Positions 21,167-30,896 of a stretch of 64,000 nucleotides of DNA are shown here, in pieces. The stretch covers positions 8,081 to 72,080 of the forward strand of contig JBEKCH010000003.1 in assembly GCA_050014975.1 (NCBI GenBank), read 5' to 3'. Each line of letters starts with the position of its first letter. Position 1 is the stretch's first letter. The position numbers and the translations under genes are program-made. The notes under the pieces are model-generated. The model was not told where the DNA came from and did not search any database. It was given only the letters and a program-made list of their open reading frames with translations. The DNA comes from Candidatus Limnocylindrales bacterium. GTDB taxonomy: Bacteria; Chloroflexota; Limnocylindria; Limnocylindrales; CSP1-4.

Positions 21167-21976
21167 ATGACCGAAGAGAAGCCGTCCCCCCACGACTGGC
21201 GACCCGGGCGATTCATGGTCATCGTTGCTCACCCCGACGATGCCGACTTTGGCCCGGCCGGAGCAGCCTCGGCCTGGATCGAGGCGGGCGCCGAGGGCTG
21301 GCTGGTTTGCTGCACCTCGGGCGATGCCGGCGGAGAAGATCCCGAGGCAAACCCGCTCGAACTGGCTCAAGCGCGCGAGGAAGAACAGCGCCTGGCGGCA
21401 CGAGTGGTGGGCTACGCGGGCGTCAGCTTCCTGCACCAGCCTGACGGCAACCTGGCCAACGATCTCCCCCTGCGCGAGATGCTCGTCCGCGAAATCCGGA
21501 GCTTCCAGCCAGACGCGGTCTTCGCCGGCGACCCGGAGGTGGTGATCCACAGTGGCGGCGGGGTCAACCACACCGACCACCGCGCGGCGGCCATGGCCGC
21601 GGTGGACGCCGTATTCCCGGCCGCGCGCAACCCCATGGCCTTTCCCTGGCTGACCCGGCAGGGGTTGCCGGCCCACCGAGTGCGGCGCCTGTATCTGATG
21701 TGGTCCAACCGGCCCGACGTGTGGATTGACGTGACGCGCACCGCCGACCGGAAGATCGAAGCTCTCCGGGCGCACGCCAGCCAGCTCCACGATCCCGAGG
21801 CGGTGTTCGGCCGGGTGCGTGCGCGGCTTACCGAGCAGGGAGCAACGATCGGCGTCGACGCAGCCGAAGCCTACCGGCTGGTCGTGCTGGACCAGGACCC
21901 CGGGCAGAACGCCGAGCGCGCGGAATCCGCGGAAGTCCAGGCAACGCTAGAGGCCGACGAGCCGACCGTCCGCTAG
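21167..21976 (+). CDS. PIG-L/LmbE family deacetylase
   Basis: VAHPDDAD, TSGDAG, REEEQ, NHTDH, ALRAHASQ. Confidence 0.92.
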   Translation: MTEEKPSPHDWRPGRFMVIVAHPDDADFGPAGAASAWIEAGAEGWLVCCTSGDAGGEDPEANPLELAQAREEEQRLAARVVGYAGVSFLHQPDGNLANDLPLREMLVREIRSFQPDAVFAGDPEVVIHSGGGVNHTDHRAAAMAAVDAVFPAARNPMAFPWLTRQGLPAHRVRRLYLMWSNRPDVWIDVTRTADRKIEALRAHASQLHDPEAVFGRVRARLTEQGATIGVDAAEAYRLVVLDQDPGQNAERAESAEVQATLEADEPTVR

Positions 21977-22066
21977 ATCGGACAGGCCGGCGATGCGGCG
22001 GCCCCGGGACCGCGTGGCGCCCGGTCGCGAGCTTCCTCTTCGTCGCGCCCGCACGGCGCGGGCGCG

Positions 22067-22402
22067 TCAGGCCTTAGGGGCGGCGGTTTGCGCGCGGCGC
22101 CCGCGGTTCGTCCGCCGGTCAGGTGTGAGCAGGCCTACAAGGAATCCGTCGCCGTGCTTTCGCACTGCAATATCGACGTTGGCCTCCGCGGCAACGCGCA
22201 GCAGACGCTGCCTGATGGTGATCGCCTTCTCGTTTGGATCCAGTCGAACCGCGAAGACCTGCTCCGGACCTTTGAGCTGGGCGATCAGTCGCTTGAACTG
22301 CCGCTGCTGCTGCTCGCGCTCCTTTGCGGCGGGGCTCAGCTCCCGCGCCGGCCTTGTCGCTTTGTCCATGAGCGCCGGATCGGCCTTGCGAACTGTGACC
22401 AT
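22067..22402 (-). CDS. Small basic hypothetical protein (possible nucleic-acid binder)
   Basis: GA-rich SD before ATG 22402; 111 aa, R/K-rich, RGRR tail. Confidence 0.7.
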   Translation of the reverse strand: MVTVRKADPALMDKATRPARELSPAAKEREQQQRQFKRLIAQLKGPEQVFAVRLDPNEKAITIRQRLLRVAAEANVDIAVRKHGDGFLVGLLTPDRRTNRGRRAQTAAPKA

Positions 22403-22800
22403 AGTGTTCCTCTCTCTCCAGTCCACGGTCCGATTGATATGTGTCGCCGATAAGCCGACGATCGTGTCGACTATACCCCCTTATACAAGTGTGGCCATAG
22501 AGCATCTCGCAATGCGTCGAAGTGTGAATGCCAGCTCGATCCGTGAAACATGCATAACTCTCGATCGCCGCTAAGTGTGAGACGTGCGATTGTGCAGTCA
22601 GCGCTCGACTTGCCGGGCAGGCGAGCCGCTGGGGGGCGGATCCCGCGGCCGCCTCGCCACCGGCCTGCGGAGTCGGTCCAGGACGGTCGTGCCGGCGGGC
22701 AGGCACGTCCCGGCGGGCCGGGCTAGACTTCCAGCGCGTCCTCGCTGGACGCTGTTGCCCTGAGCAAGCCGGTCCTGACGCGTGCAGCAGGTGATACACG

Positions 22801-23961
22801 ATGAGAGTTGGCGTAGCCCGAGAGATCGCCCCGGACGAGCAGCGCGTGGCGCTGGTTCCCGAGTCGATCAAGAAGCTCCGCGACGCCGGGATGACCATCC
22901 TGGTTGAGCGCGGCGCCGGGGCGGCGGCGCATTTCCCGGATCAAAGCTACGTGGAGGCGGGCGCGAAGATCGTCAATACAGCGACCCTCTACGCGACCAG
23001 CGACGTGATCCTTCGGATCCATCGGCCCACGCCGGCCGAGGCCACGATGCTCCACGAGGACCAGGTCGTCATCGGCCTGCTCGCCCCGCTGCTTGACCCC
23101 CACGCCATGGCGGGTCTGGCCCGCCACCGGGTGACGGCTATCAGCCTGGACGCCATCCCGCGGACGCTCAGCCGCTCGCAGGCGATGGATGCGCTCTCGT
23201 CGCAGGCCAACGTCGGCGGCTACAAGGCCGTTCTAATCGCGGCCAACGCCTTCGGGCGCTACTTTCCGCTCCTCACTACTCCGGCCGGCACGGCCAAGCC
23301 GGCCAACATCCTGGTCCTCGGGGTGGGCGTCGCCGGGCTGCAGGCAATCGCCACGGCTCGCCGGCTGGGGGCGATGGTGAGGGCCTACGACGTGCGCCGC
23401 GAAACCAAGGAGCAGGCGGAATCCCTGGGCGCCCAGTTCGTCAGCCTCCAGTCCGCGATCGAGGCCACGGGCCAGGGCGGCTATGCTCGAGCCCTGACCC
23501 CGGCGGAGCAGGCGGCCCAGCAGGCCGAGCTGAACGGCATCATCGCTACCTGCGACATCGTGATCACCACGGCGCAGGTCCCCGGGCGCCGTCCCCCCAT
23601 TCTGGTTACACGCGCCGCGGTCGAAGCCATGAAGACCGGCTCGGTGATCGTCGACATGGCCGCCAGCGAGCTGGGCGGCAACTGCGAGCTCTCCAGGCCG
23701 GGCAAGGTCATCACCACTCCCAATGGCGTGGAGATTTACGCCCCCACGAACCTGCCGGCGTCGATGCCGACCGGAGCCAGCATCTTCTACTCACGCAACA
23801 TTTCCAACCTTCTGCTCAACTTCGTCGCCGACGGCAAGCTCAACCTCGATTTCGACGATGAGGTCACGGCAGCGACCGTCATCACCCACGACGGCAAGGT
23901 CGTGCAGGCGGCGACATTGAGGCTGCTCCAGCCCGCTCCCAAGGGAGGCGCCCAGGCATGA
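22801..23961 (+). CDS. pntAA: NAD(P) transhydrogenase subunit alpha, part 1 (dI)
   Basis: EQRVALVP, QAMDALSSQANVGGY, GVGVAGLQA, VDMAASELGGNCE. Confidence 0.95.
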   Translation: MRVGVAREIAPDEQRVALVPESIKKLRDAGMTILVERGAGAAAHFPDQSYVEAGAKIVNTATLYATSDVILRIHRPTPAEATMLHEDQVVIGLLAPLLDPHAMAGLARHRVTAISLDAIPRTLSRSQAMDALSSQANVGGYKAVLIAANAFGRYFPLLTTPAGTAKPANILVLGVGVAGLQAIATARRLGAMVRAYDVRRETKEQAESLGAQFVSLQSAIEATGQGGYARALTPAEQAAQQAELNGIIATCDIVITTAQVPGRRPPILVTRAAVEAMKTGSVIVDMAASELGGNCELSRPGKVITTPNGVEIYAPTNLPASMPTGASIFYSRNISNLLLNFVADGKLNLDFDDEVTAATVITHDGKVVQAATLRLLQPAPKGGAQA

Positions 23962-24272
23962 ACGTCGGAACTCTGATCAGCGACCTGACGGTCTTTGTCC
24001 TGGCGATCCTGCTCGGCTTCGAAGTGATCAGCCGCGTTCCGGCGACGCTTCACACGCCGCTCATGTCGGGCACGAACTCGATCCACGGCATCGTTCTCGT
24101 GGGCGCCGTGGGCCTGGCGGCGGCGGCCGACAACCCGCTCACCGCCGTTCTCGCCTTCGTCGCCGTGGTCTTCGCCGCGGCGAATGTCGTGGGCGGGTAC
24201 TGGGTCACAGATCGAATGCTGCAGATGTTCAAGCGACGCCCGGTCCCCAAGGCCGACAAGTCCGCCAACTGA
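23958..24272 (+). CDS. pntAB: NAD(P) transhydrogenase subunit alpha, part 2 (membrane)
   Basis: LHTPLMSGTNSIHG, NVVGGYWVTDRMLQMF. Confidence 0.95.
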   Translation: MNVGTLISDLTVFVLAILLGFEVISRVPATLHTPLMSGTNSIHGIVLVGAVGLAAAADNPLTAVLAFVAVVFAAANVVGGYWVTDRMLQMFKRRPVPKADKSAN

Positions 24273-24285
24273 GGAGGAGCCGGCC

Positions 24286-25746
24286 ATGACCACGACCGAT
24301 CTGGGATATCTCGTAGAGTTCGCCTTCCTCGTCGGAGCGGCCTTCTTCGCGCTGGGCCTGCACCTGATGAACTCGCCGGCCACGGCGCGCCGGGGCAATC
24401 GCCTCTCCGCCACGGGAATGGTCATCGCCGTAGTATCGGAGCTGATCTACGTGGCCAACCAGGGCATCGGCCCCGGCAACTGGCTGATCATCGGCGGCGG
24501 TCTGGCGATCGGCGGCGCCGCGGGCCTGCGTATGGCTCGCACGGTGGCCATGACCTCGATGCCCCAGCTGGTCTCTCTTTTCAATGCCGTCGGCGGCGGG
24601 GCGGCCGCGCTGCTTGCCATCGACGACTTCACCCGGCTCAGCAGCCAGCGGACTCCCGATGGCGCGCTCGCGGCCCTGGACGGCTGGCTGGTCTTCTTCA
24701 TCCTCGTCGATGTCATCGTCGGCTCGGTGACCTTCACCGGCTCGCTGATCGCCTCGGCCAAGCTGATGGGCCGGCTCAGGGGCCAGCCGATCATCGTTCC
24801 CGGCGGGCGGCTGGTCTCGGCCGTCGCGATGGTCCTGGCGGTCAGCTGCTCCATCGTGCTGATCCTGGCCGGTTCGGGGCTCTTCAACTACGACACGGCG
24901 GTTCTGAATCTGCTCTTCGTGGTCGCGCTGGTCAGCGCCCTGGTCTTCGGCGTGACGATGGTCCTGCCGATCGGCGGGGCGGACATGCCGGTCGTGATCT
25001 CGCTCCTGAACGCCTTCACCGGCAGCGCCGTCGCCATGGCTGGCTTCGTCGTGGGCAACGTGATCCTGATCGTGGCCGGTGCCCTCGTGGGGGCCTCGGG
25101 CGCCATCCTGACCAAGCTCATGGCCGATGCCATGAACCGCTCGATCGCCAACATTCTGGTCGGCGGCTTCGGCGCCGGTGAAGGATCGCAGGCAGGCCTG
25201 ACAGGCGAAGGCGGAACGGTCCGGGAAGTGTCGGTGGACGACGCCGCGATACAGCTCGCCTACGCCAGCAAGGTAATCATCGTCCCGGGCTACGGGCTGG
25301 CGGTTGCCCAGGCCCAGCACGGCGTCCGCGAGCTGGCGGACCTGCTCGAGGCTCGCGGCGTCGACGTCTCCTACGCCATCCATCCGGTGGCCGGCCGAAT
25401 GCCGGGCCACATGAACGTGCTGCTCGCGGAAGCGAACGTGCCGTACCCGCAACTCAAGGAGATGGACGAGATCAACCCCGAATTCGAGAGGACCGACGTG
25501 GCCCTGGTGGTGGGCGCGAACGACGTCACCAACCCGGCCGCCCGAACGGACCGCTCGAGCCCGATCTTCGGCATGCCCATCCTGGATGTGGACCGTGCCA
25601 GGTCGATCATCGTCCTGAAGCGCTCGATGGGCCGTGGCTATGCCGGGATCGACAACCCACTCTATGTGAATCCCAAAACGGGAATGTACTTCGCCGACGC
25701 CAAGGCCGGCCTGGCCAAGCTGATCGCGGCGATCAAGGCCCAGTAG
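24286..25746 (+). CDS. pntB: NAD(P) transhydrogenase subunit beta
   Basis: GGADMPVVISLLN, VPGYGLAVAQAQH, IHPVAGRMPGHMNVLLAEA. Confidence 0.97.
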   Translation: MTTTDLGYLVEFAFLVGAAFFALGLHLMNSPATARRGNRLSATGMVIAVVSELIYVANQGIGPGNWLIIGGGLAIGGAAGLRMARTVAMTSMPQLVSLFNAVGGGAAALLAIDDFTRLSSQRTPDGALAALDGWLVFFILVDVIVGSVTFTGSLIASAKLMGRLRGQPIIVPGGRLVSAVAMVLAVSCSIVLILAGSGLFNYDTAVLNLLFVVALVSALVFGVTMVLPIGGADMPVVISLLNAFTGSAVAMAGFVVGNVILIVAGALVGASGAILTKLMADAMNRSIANILVGGFGAGEGSQAGLTGEGGTVREVSVDDAAIQLAYASKVIIVPGYGLAVAQAQHGVRELADLLEARGVDVSYAIHPVAGRMPGHMNVLLAEANVPYPQLKEMDEINPEFERTDVALVVGANDVTNPAARTDRSSPIFGMPILDVDRARSIIVLKRSMGRGYAGIDNPLYVNPKTGMYFADAKAGLAKLIAAIKAQ

Positions 25747-26175
25747 AGGCAACCCCGGCGCTCGGCTCGATCCCGGCCCGTTGCTTCTCGAGGCCGGACC
25801 GGGGCCCGGACGCCCCGAAGCATGCGTCAGGCTTCTTCACTCCGGGTGATCGCCTCGACCTCGACTTCGGGCAGGCGAGCCTCGCCACGCGGCCCGGCTC
25901 GAGTCTGCTGGCCGCAGCGCAAGACCGAATTCACCGCTCGACCCTGCCGATCGCCGGCCACCGAGCGCGCTCGGATGGCGTGCCAGAGAGTCTTCTGGGC
26001 CCGCCAGGCCACGTCTGACCCGGTGCGGGCCAGTGCCCCGCTTGGGGATTCGGGCAGGTACCCTCCGTACTGATGGGCCATTGTGATTCGCAGGCCGGCA
26101 GCGATATCGTTACCGCCGCTGCGCGCGGCCTGCGCGGCGACATCCCAGCCGGGGGACAATCACAAGGAGTCGGCG

Positions 26176-26271
26176 GTGAAGCAAGCATTGCGACAGGCGC
26201 AATGGACGTTCTACGCCCTGGCTCCGGTTCTGCTGGTGCTAGACCAAATCTGGGGTAAGCGCTGGTTCTAG
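26176..26271 (+). CDS. 31-aa hydrophobic microprotein/peptide (MKQALRQAQWTFYALAPVLLVLDQIWGKRWF)
   Basis: AAGGAG SD 6 nt before GTG; candidate -10 TATCGT near 26105; terminator immediately after stop. Confidence 0.7.
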   Translation: MKQALRQAQWTFYALAPVLLVLDQIWGKRWF

Positions 26272-26285
26272 ACCGGACGCGCCGC

Positions 26286-26317
26286 AAGAAACCCGGGCAT
26301 CTGCACCCGGGTTTCTT
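26286..26317. terminator. Bidirectional intrinsic terminator
   Basis: AAGAAACCCGGG-N8-CCCGGGTTTCTT perfect inverted repeat between convergent genes. Confidence 0.85.
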
Positions 26318-26322
26318 CGTGT

Positions 26323-29300
26323 CTAGCGATCGGTCAGCCCAAGCCTGATCGCGGCAGCGGCCGCCTCCACGCGGCCCGACACCCCGAGCTTGGTCAGGAT
26401 GTTGCTGACATGGACGGCCACGGTCTTGCGGGTGATGAAGAGCTGCCGCCCGATCTCGGGATTGCTGCGACCCTCCGCGATGAGCGCCAGCACCTCCAGC
26501 TCCCGCTTGCTGAGTCCGAAGTCGTGCTGCGCCTGCTGGCTGACCGAAGCGGCGAAGTCCGCCGCGACCCCGGTCTCCGGCCTGGCCGGTACGCCGGCGA
26601 AAGCGCGCGAGGGCCCGGCACCGGCCGTCCGGCCCGTCGGGGTGGTGATCGCGGGCCGCTCCGCGAGGGCCGGGCGGCCGGCCGGTGCCCGCGATGGCCC
26701 AGGAATCGGTTCGATGCGCGCATCGAGGGCCGCTTCGATATGCCTGGGCAGAGGGAGCATCGCGCGGCGGGACAGCTCCGCCACGGCGCGAAGGAGCGGC
26801 CACGCACCCAGTGAGTAAGCGCCTTCCGCCGCCGCCATCAGGGGCTCCCTGGCCACGGTCCGAGTCGAGCGGCCTCGGGACCTGTCCAGCAGGGCCTCCG
26901 CCTCCCGCCAGCGCGCCCGTGCCGCCTCGTACGGATCACCCAGATCTGCCCAATCCGCGGCGAGCTGCGCCCAGGTAGCCGGATCGTCGTGGCCCTCGAC
27001 TCGCACCCGGAAGGCTCGAGCGAGCCGGATCGCCAGATCCGCCTGACGTCTCGAGCCGAACTTCGGCGAAACGCCGCAATCCCTCACTACAGCCTCGGCC
27101 TGCAGCACGATCGGCAGGCTCCTCTCCCGGGCCGCCGCCAGGGTAGCGAAGTCGCGCCGCCTGTGGGCGTCCGCGGCAATGGCCGCGTCGACTTCCAGGC
27201 ACGTCGCGGCCATGCCCGCCATCAGCAGCCAGTCCTCCGTGTCGGTGACCTTCTGCCAGCCACGCTCCGCAGCTCGGCGGGCGTCGACGAGGTCTTCCTG
27301 CCAGAGGGCGTAGGCAGCAGCCGTCTGCTGGGCGGGCACGGCGAACTGGGGATCTTGGACGGTCTCCAGGGCCAGCAGCACCTGCCCGAGCAACCGTCCG
27401 GCCGACTCGCCAGCGCCCATCGCGACCTCGACCGTGGCCAGATTGAGCAGTGGCGAAAGGAACCAGATCCCGACCGGATTCCAGTTCAGGGCATCCAGGC
27501 AGAGCCGGCGGCATTCCTGCCAGCGCCCCATGAAGTAGAGCGACTCAGAGGCATTGGCCCGCAGGAAGTTGCCGTAGACAGTTGCCTGACCCTCGCGCTC
27601 GGCTTCGGCGATGCCTTCGTAGGCGATCGCGATCGCCTCCTCGCGACGGCCCAGCAGATCCAGGACGGTGGTCAAGTTCGCGTAGACCCGGAACAGGTCG
27701 TCGAGGCGGCCCAGCGCGGCGGCTTCGTCGCGGGTCCGGCGGAGCATCTCCACGGCAGGTTCCGGCTCGTCGCCCCAGGCCTCTGCCACGGCCAGCGTAC
27801 AGGAGGCATGGAGCAGTTCCGGGCGGGCCCCGTCGCCGACGGCGCGAGCGACCCCGACCGCTTCCTGGGCGTAGCGCCTGGCTTCCGAGAAGACACCATC
27901 GAGCATTCGGGATTGCGCGAGTGAGGCGAGCACCCGCGCTCGGGCGGCACTCGGCTCGCGGGGAACGAGATCGACGGCTCGCTGGTACGCGGCCAGCGAG
28001 CCTTCGTGGTCGCCGGAGGCGCGCCGATAGCGGCCCAGCTGCTCCATCACCAACCCGAGCGCCAGCCTCTCGCGTGGGTCGTCCAGGGCTGCCGCCGCGG
28101 CCTCGCAGTAGGCCTCAGCCCGACCCGGGTCGCCGGCCGCGAAGGCGGCTTCGGCCGCACGCACGTACAGGTCCGGCAGCCGGGGGGCGCGGTCCTCGAG
28201 GCGAACGATCTCGTACAGCGCCAGGGCCGTCTCGTAGTGCGCGAGGGCATCCGCTCCGGCATCGAGCGCCTCGGCGGCCGCGGCCGCGGCCAGCGCCATC
28301 TGCTCGGCCTCGGCCAGCTCGTGCGCGGCGAGGTGGTGGGCCAGAGCGGCGGCCGGCTCGAGCGCCGTCGCGCCCGCACCAACGGGCGGCGCGCCCGCGC
28401 CGGAAGACGCCACCGCTTCCGCGGACGCTCGTTCGGCCGGTATGCCGACGGTCGTCGGGCGGCCCGATGGGCCCGCCGCACGGTCGTCCGCGACACCCGC
28501 GACAGTTTCCCTCTCCCCGCCGGGCGCGGCCCTGGCCCGGCCGGCTGCCGCGAGCGCCGCATGATAACGACGCCGCGTGGCGGGCAGAAGATCAGCGGCG
28601 ATCGCCTCGGCGATGAGCTCGTGGCGGAATCCGATCCGCCTCTCGCGCCCCGAGCCGCCGGGCCCGCCGTCCACTTCCTCGAGGAGGAAGCCATGCTCGA
28701 TGCCCTCGGCGGTCCCGGCTCCGATGTCCGTGTCCAGGCCTTCGCCCCTGCGCGACCCGGCTGTCGATCGGGGCGGTCGCGCGGGCGCCCTCCGCTCGAA
28801 CTCCGTGGCCATCGCCAGGAGCATCGGCGCGCTTACGGGAGATCCGGCCAGAGAGAGCAGCCGCAGCACCCGGCGGCACTCCGGAGAGCGAAGGGCGGAC
28901 CGCGCCGTCACCAGCCGCTCGAAGGAGCCGGCCAAAGACACTCCCGAAAGCTCGCGGCGAGCCGCCAGCAGCTCCTCGGCCACCAGCGGGTTGCCGCGGG
29001 AGCGCTCGGCGACAAGCAACAGCGTCGTGGACGAGGGCCGCCCGCCCTCGATCGCCTCGATCAGCTGGCCCAGTTCCGCCCGGTCCAGGGGGCTGACCTC
29101 GGCGTTCACGACCGAAGGCGTGGTAACCAGCGCGGAGAGCGTCGCCCGCAGCGGATGGGAGCGCAGCAACCTGTCCGGCTGGTAGGTCAGCACGAGCATG
29201 ACCCGTTGCCCGCGTGACACCCGGGCCAGGAAGGTCGCCAGACCGCGCGTGGCCGCGTCGGCGTGGTGCATATCTTCCAGCAGCACCGCGACGGGCTGCT

Positions 29301-29817
29301 GCTCGCCGAGCCGCTCTAGGAGGCCCAGCACCGCCTCGAACATGCGCGCCTCGCGCCACTCCGTGGCCACGATGCGGGGCCGGTCGGGCAGGACCCCGAG
29401 AGCGTCCAGCCTCGGCCGCAGGCCTGGCACCAGGCGGACAATCGCATCGCCGGTGGGACCCACCAACGACGCAAGCGTTTCGTCCGGCATGGGGACCAGC
29501 AGGTGTTCCAGGGCTGCGGCGATCGGGGCGTAAGGTATGCCGGATGTGGCCGGCACGGCCACGCCGTGAACTGCGGCGAAGGGCTGCGCCAGGACCTCGA
29601 TGCGACGCCGTGTCTCGGCCAGCAGTCGGCTCACGCCGAGGCCCGCCGTACCGGAGAGGATCAGGGCATTGGGCCTGCCGTCGGCCGCGCTCTGCAGTCC
29701 GATGGCAATTCGTTCGAGCTCGCGGTCGCGGCCCACGAACCAGTCGCTCCAGAGGCGGCGCTGCGAGAAGCGTCCTTCGGAGCCGTGGCTGCCGCTTCGC
29801 TCCATGCTGTTCGTCAT
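26323..29817 (-). CDS. Large ATP-binding LuxR regulator (STAND AAA_16 + TPR-like + LuxR HTH)
   Basis: FVGRDREL, GTAGLGVS (Walker A lacking Lys), LLEDMHHAD, SRGNPL, FRHELI, C-terminal LSKRELEVL...HVSNILTKLGV. Confidence 0.92.
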   Translation of the reverse strand: MTNSMERSGSHGSEGRFSQRRLWSDWFVGRDRELERIAIGLQSAADGRPNALILSGTAGLGVSRLLAETRRRIEVLAQPFAAVHGVAVPATSGIPYAPIAAALEHLLVPMPDETLASLVGPTGDAIVRLVPGLRPRLDALGVLPDRPRIVATEWREARMFEAVLGLLERLGEQQPVAVLLEDMHHADAATRGLATFLARVSRGQRVMLVLTYQPDRLLRSHPLRATLSALVTTPSVVNAEVSPLDRAELGQLIEAIEGGRPSSTTLLLVAERSRGNPLVAEELLAARRELSGVSLAGSFERLVTARSALRSPECRRVLRLLSLAGSPVSAPMLLAMATEFERRAPARPPRSTAGSRRGEGLDTDIGAGTAEGIEHGFLLEEVDGGPGGSGRERRIGFRHELIAEAIAADLLPATRRRYHAALAAAGRARAAPGGERETVAGVADDRAAGPSGRPTTVGIPAERASAEAVASSGAGAPPVGAGATALEPAAALAHHLAAHELAEAEQMALAAAAAAEALDAGADALAHYETALALYEIVRLEDRAPRLPDLYVRAAEAAFAAGDPGRAEAYCEAAAAALDDPRERLALGLVMEQLGRYRRASGDHEGSLAAYQRAVDLVPREPSAARARVLASLAQSRMLDGVFSEARRYAQEAVGVARAVGDGARPELLHASCTLAVAEAWGDEPEPAVEMLRRTRDEAAALGRLDDLFRVYANLTTVLDLLGRREEAIAIAYEGIAEAEREGQATVYGNFLRANASESLYFMGRWQECRRLCLDALNWNPVGIWFLSPLLNLATVEVAMGAGESAGRLLGQVLLALETVQDPQFAVPAQQTAAAYALWQEDLVDARRAAERGWQKVTDTEDWLLMAGMAATCLEVDAAIAADAHRRRDFATLAAARERSLPIVLQAEAVVRDCGVSPKFGSRRQADLAIRLARAFRVRVEGHDDPATWAQLAADWADLGDPYEAARARWREAEALLDRSRGRSTRTVAREPLMAAAEGAYSLGAWPLLRAVAELSRRAMLPLPRHIEAALDARIEPIPGPSRAPAGRPALAERPAITTPTGRTAGAGPSRAFAGVPARPETGVAADFAASVSQQAQHDFGLSKRELEVLALIAEGRSNPEIGRQLFITRKTVAVHVSNILTKLGVSGRVEAAAAAIRLGLTDR

Positions 29818-29966
29818 GGCCTCGACCGATCCCAGTAGCGGCGCCGCTGGTCCCGACGCCTCGTCCTTTCCCTCGGCCCGCCTAGGGTACCCGCTGACGG
29901 TACTTCCTCGGGCAGCGATTCCGTAGCGGCCGAGAGAGCGGACACCGGGCCTGGTAGGCTCGTCGC

Positions 29967-30896
29967 GTGAGCCCCAGGCACCCCGGCAACACCCTCAACG
30001 AACTCTCCGGGGAGGCGTGGCTGTACTTCACCAAGTCCGTGTGGGGAACCGCATACCCATCCGAACTCGGCCATGACCTCCGCAAGCGGCACGGTGCCAA
30101 CAAACCGCCCCGGCTCATGGCGCGCCTGATCGAGTTCTTCACGAGCAGCGGGGAGCTCGTGCTGGATCCGTTCGCAGGAGTAGGCGGGACGCTGTTGGGG
30201 GCGGCGATCGCGCGCGGGCCGCGGCGGGCGATCGGCATCGAGATCGAGGCGCGCTGGGTCGAGATCTACGAATCCCTGGTGCGCAGCCTGGCGGCTGAGC
30301 GGGACGGTCGCGGCCCGGTCCTGGCCGATATCGGCTCGAACGACCCGGGTGGCGAGCGATCGTTCGACCCTTCGGGTCTGCAAATGCGCCTGGGCGACGC
30401 GACGATCATCCTGCCGGAGCTGGAAGCGGAGTCCGTCGACTTCGTCGCCACGGATCCACCGTACAACATTCAGCTGCCCATCACGATGGCTGGCGGGAAG
30501 CTCGCGGCGAGGCATGCCAACCGCCGGACGGATTACTCGATGGTCACGGACCAGACCGGCGACCTCGCCAACAGCGCCGACTATCGGACGTTCCTCGATC
30601 GCATGGAGAACATCTTCGGGCAACTTGCGCGCGTCCTTCGGCCAGAGCGGTATGCAGCTGTGATCGTCCGTGACGCCTATCAGGAGGGGCGCTACATATT
30701 CACCGGCGCGGATCTGGCGGAGCGCGCGACTCGCGCCGGCTTCACCGCGAAGGGCGACGTGATCTGGTACCAGGCCGGGACCCGCTTGAGGCCTTACGGC
30801 TACCCGCGCTCTTACGTCCCGAACATCGCGCACCAGCATGTTCTGGTTCTGCGGCGCGAGAGGATTCGCTCGAAGCCCCGTCGGACGGGACGATGA
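29967..30896 (+). CDS. Orphan amino (N6-A/N4-C) methyltransferase; DNA MTase or Trm11-like
   Basis: VLDPFAGVGGT (motif I) precedes ATDPPY (motif IV); no adjacent nuclease. Confidence 0.85.
   Translation: MSPRHPGNTLNELSGEAWLYFTKSVWGTAYPSELGHDLRKRHGANKPPRLMARLIEFFTSSGELVLDPFAGVGGTLLGAAIARGPRRAIGIEIEARWVEIYESLVRSLAAERDGRGPVLADIGSNDPGGERSFDPSGLQMRLGDATIILPELEAESVDFVATDPPYNIQLPITMAGGKLAARHANRRTDYSMVTDQTGDLANSADYRTFLDRMENIFGQLARVLRPERYAAVIVRDAYQEGRYIFTGADLAERATRAGFTAKGDVIWYQAGTRLRPYGYPRSYVPNIAHQHVLVLRRERIRSKPRRTGR

Noticed and set aside
25822-26159. RidA-like gene fragment ('LPEVEVEAI') on the minus strand
   Set aside because: Only a few residues resemble it; no start signals and the rest is not protein-like
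26176-26271. WGK-type radical-SAM RiPP precursor
   Set aside because: No SPASM radical SAM enzyme or transporter adjacent; the only radical SAM gene is KamA, about 24 kb away
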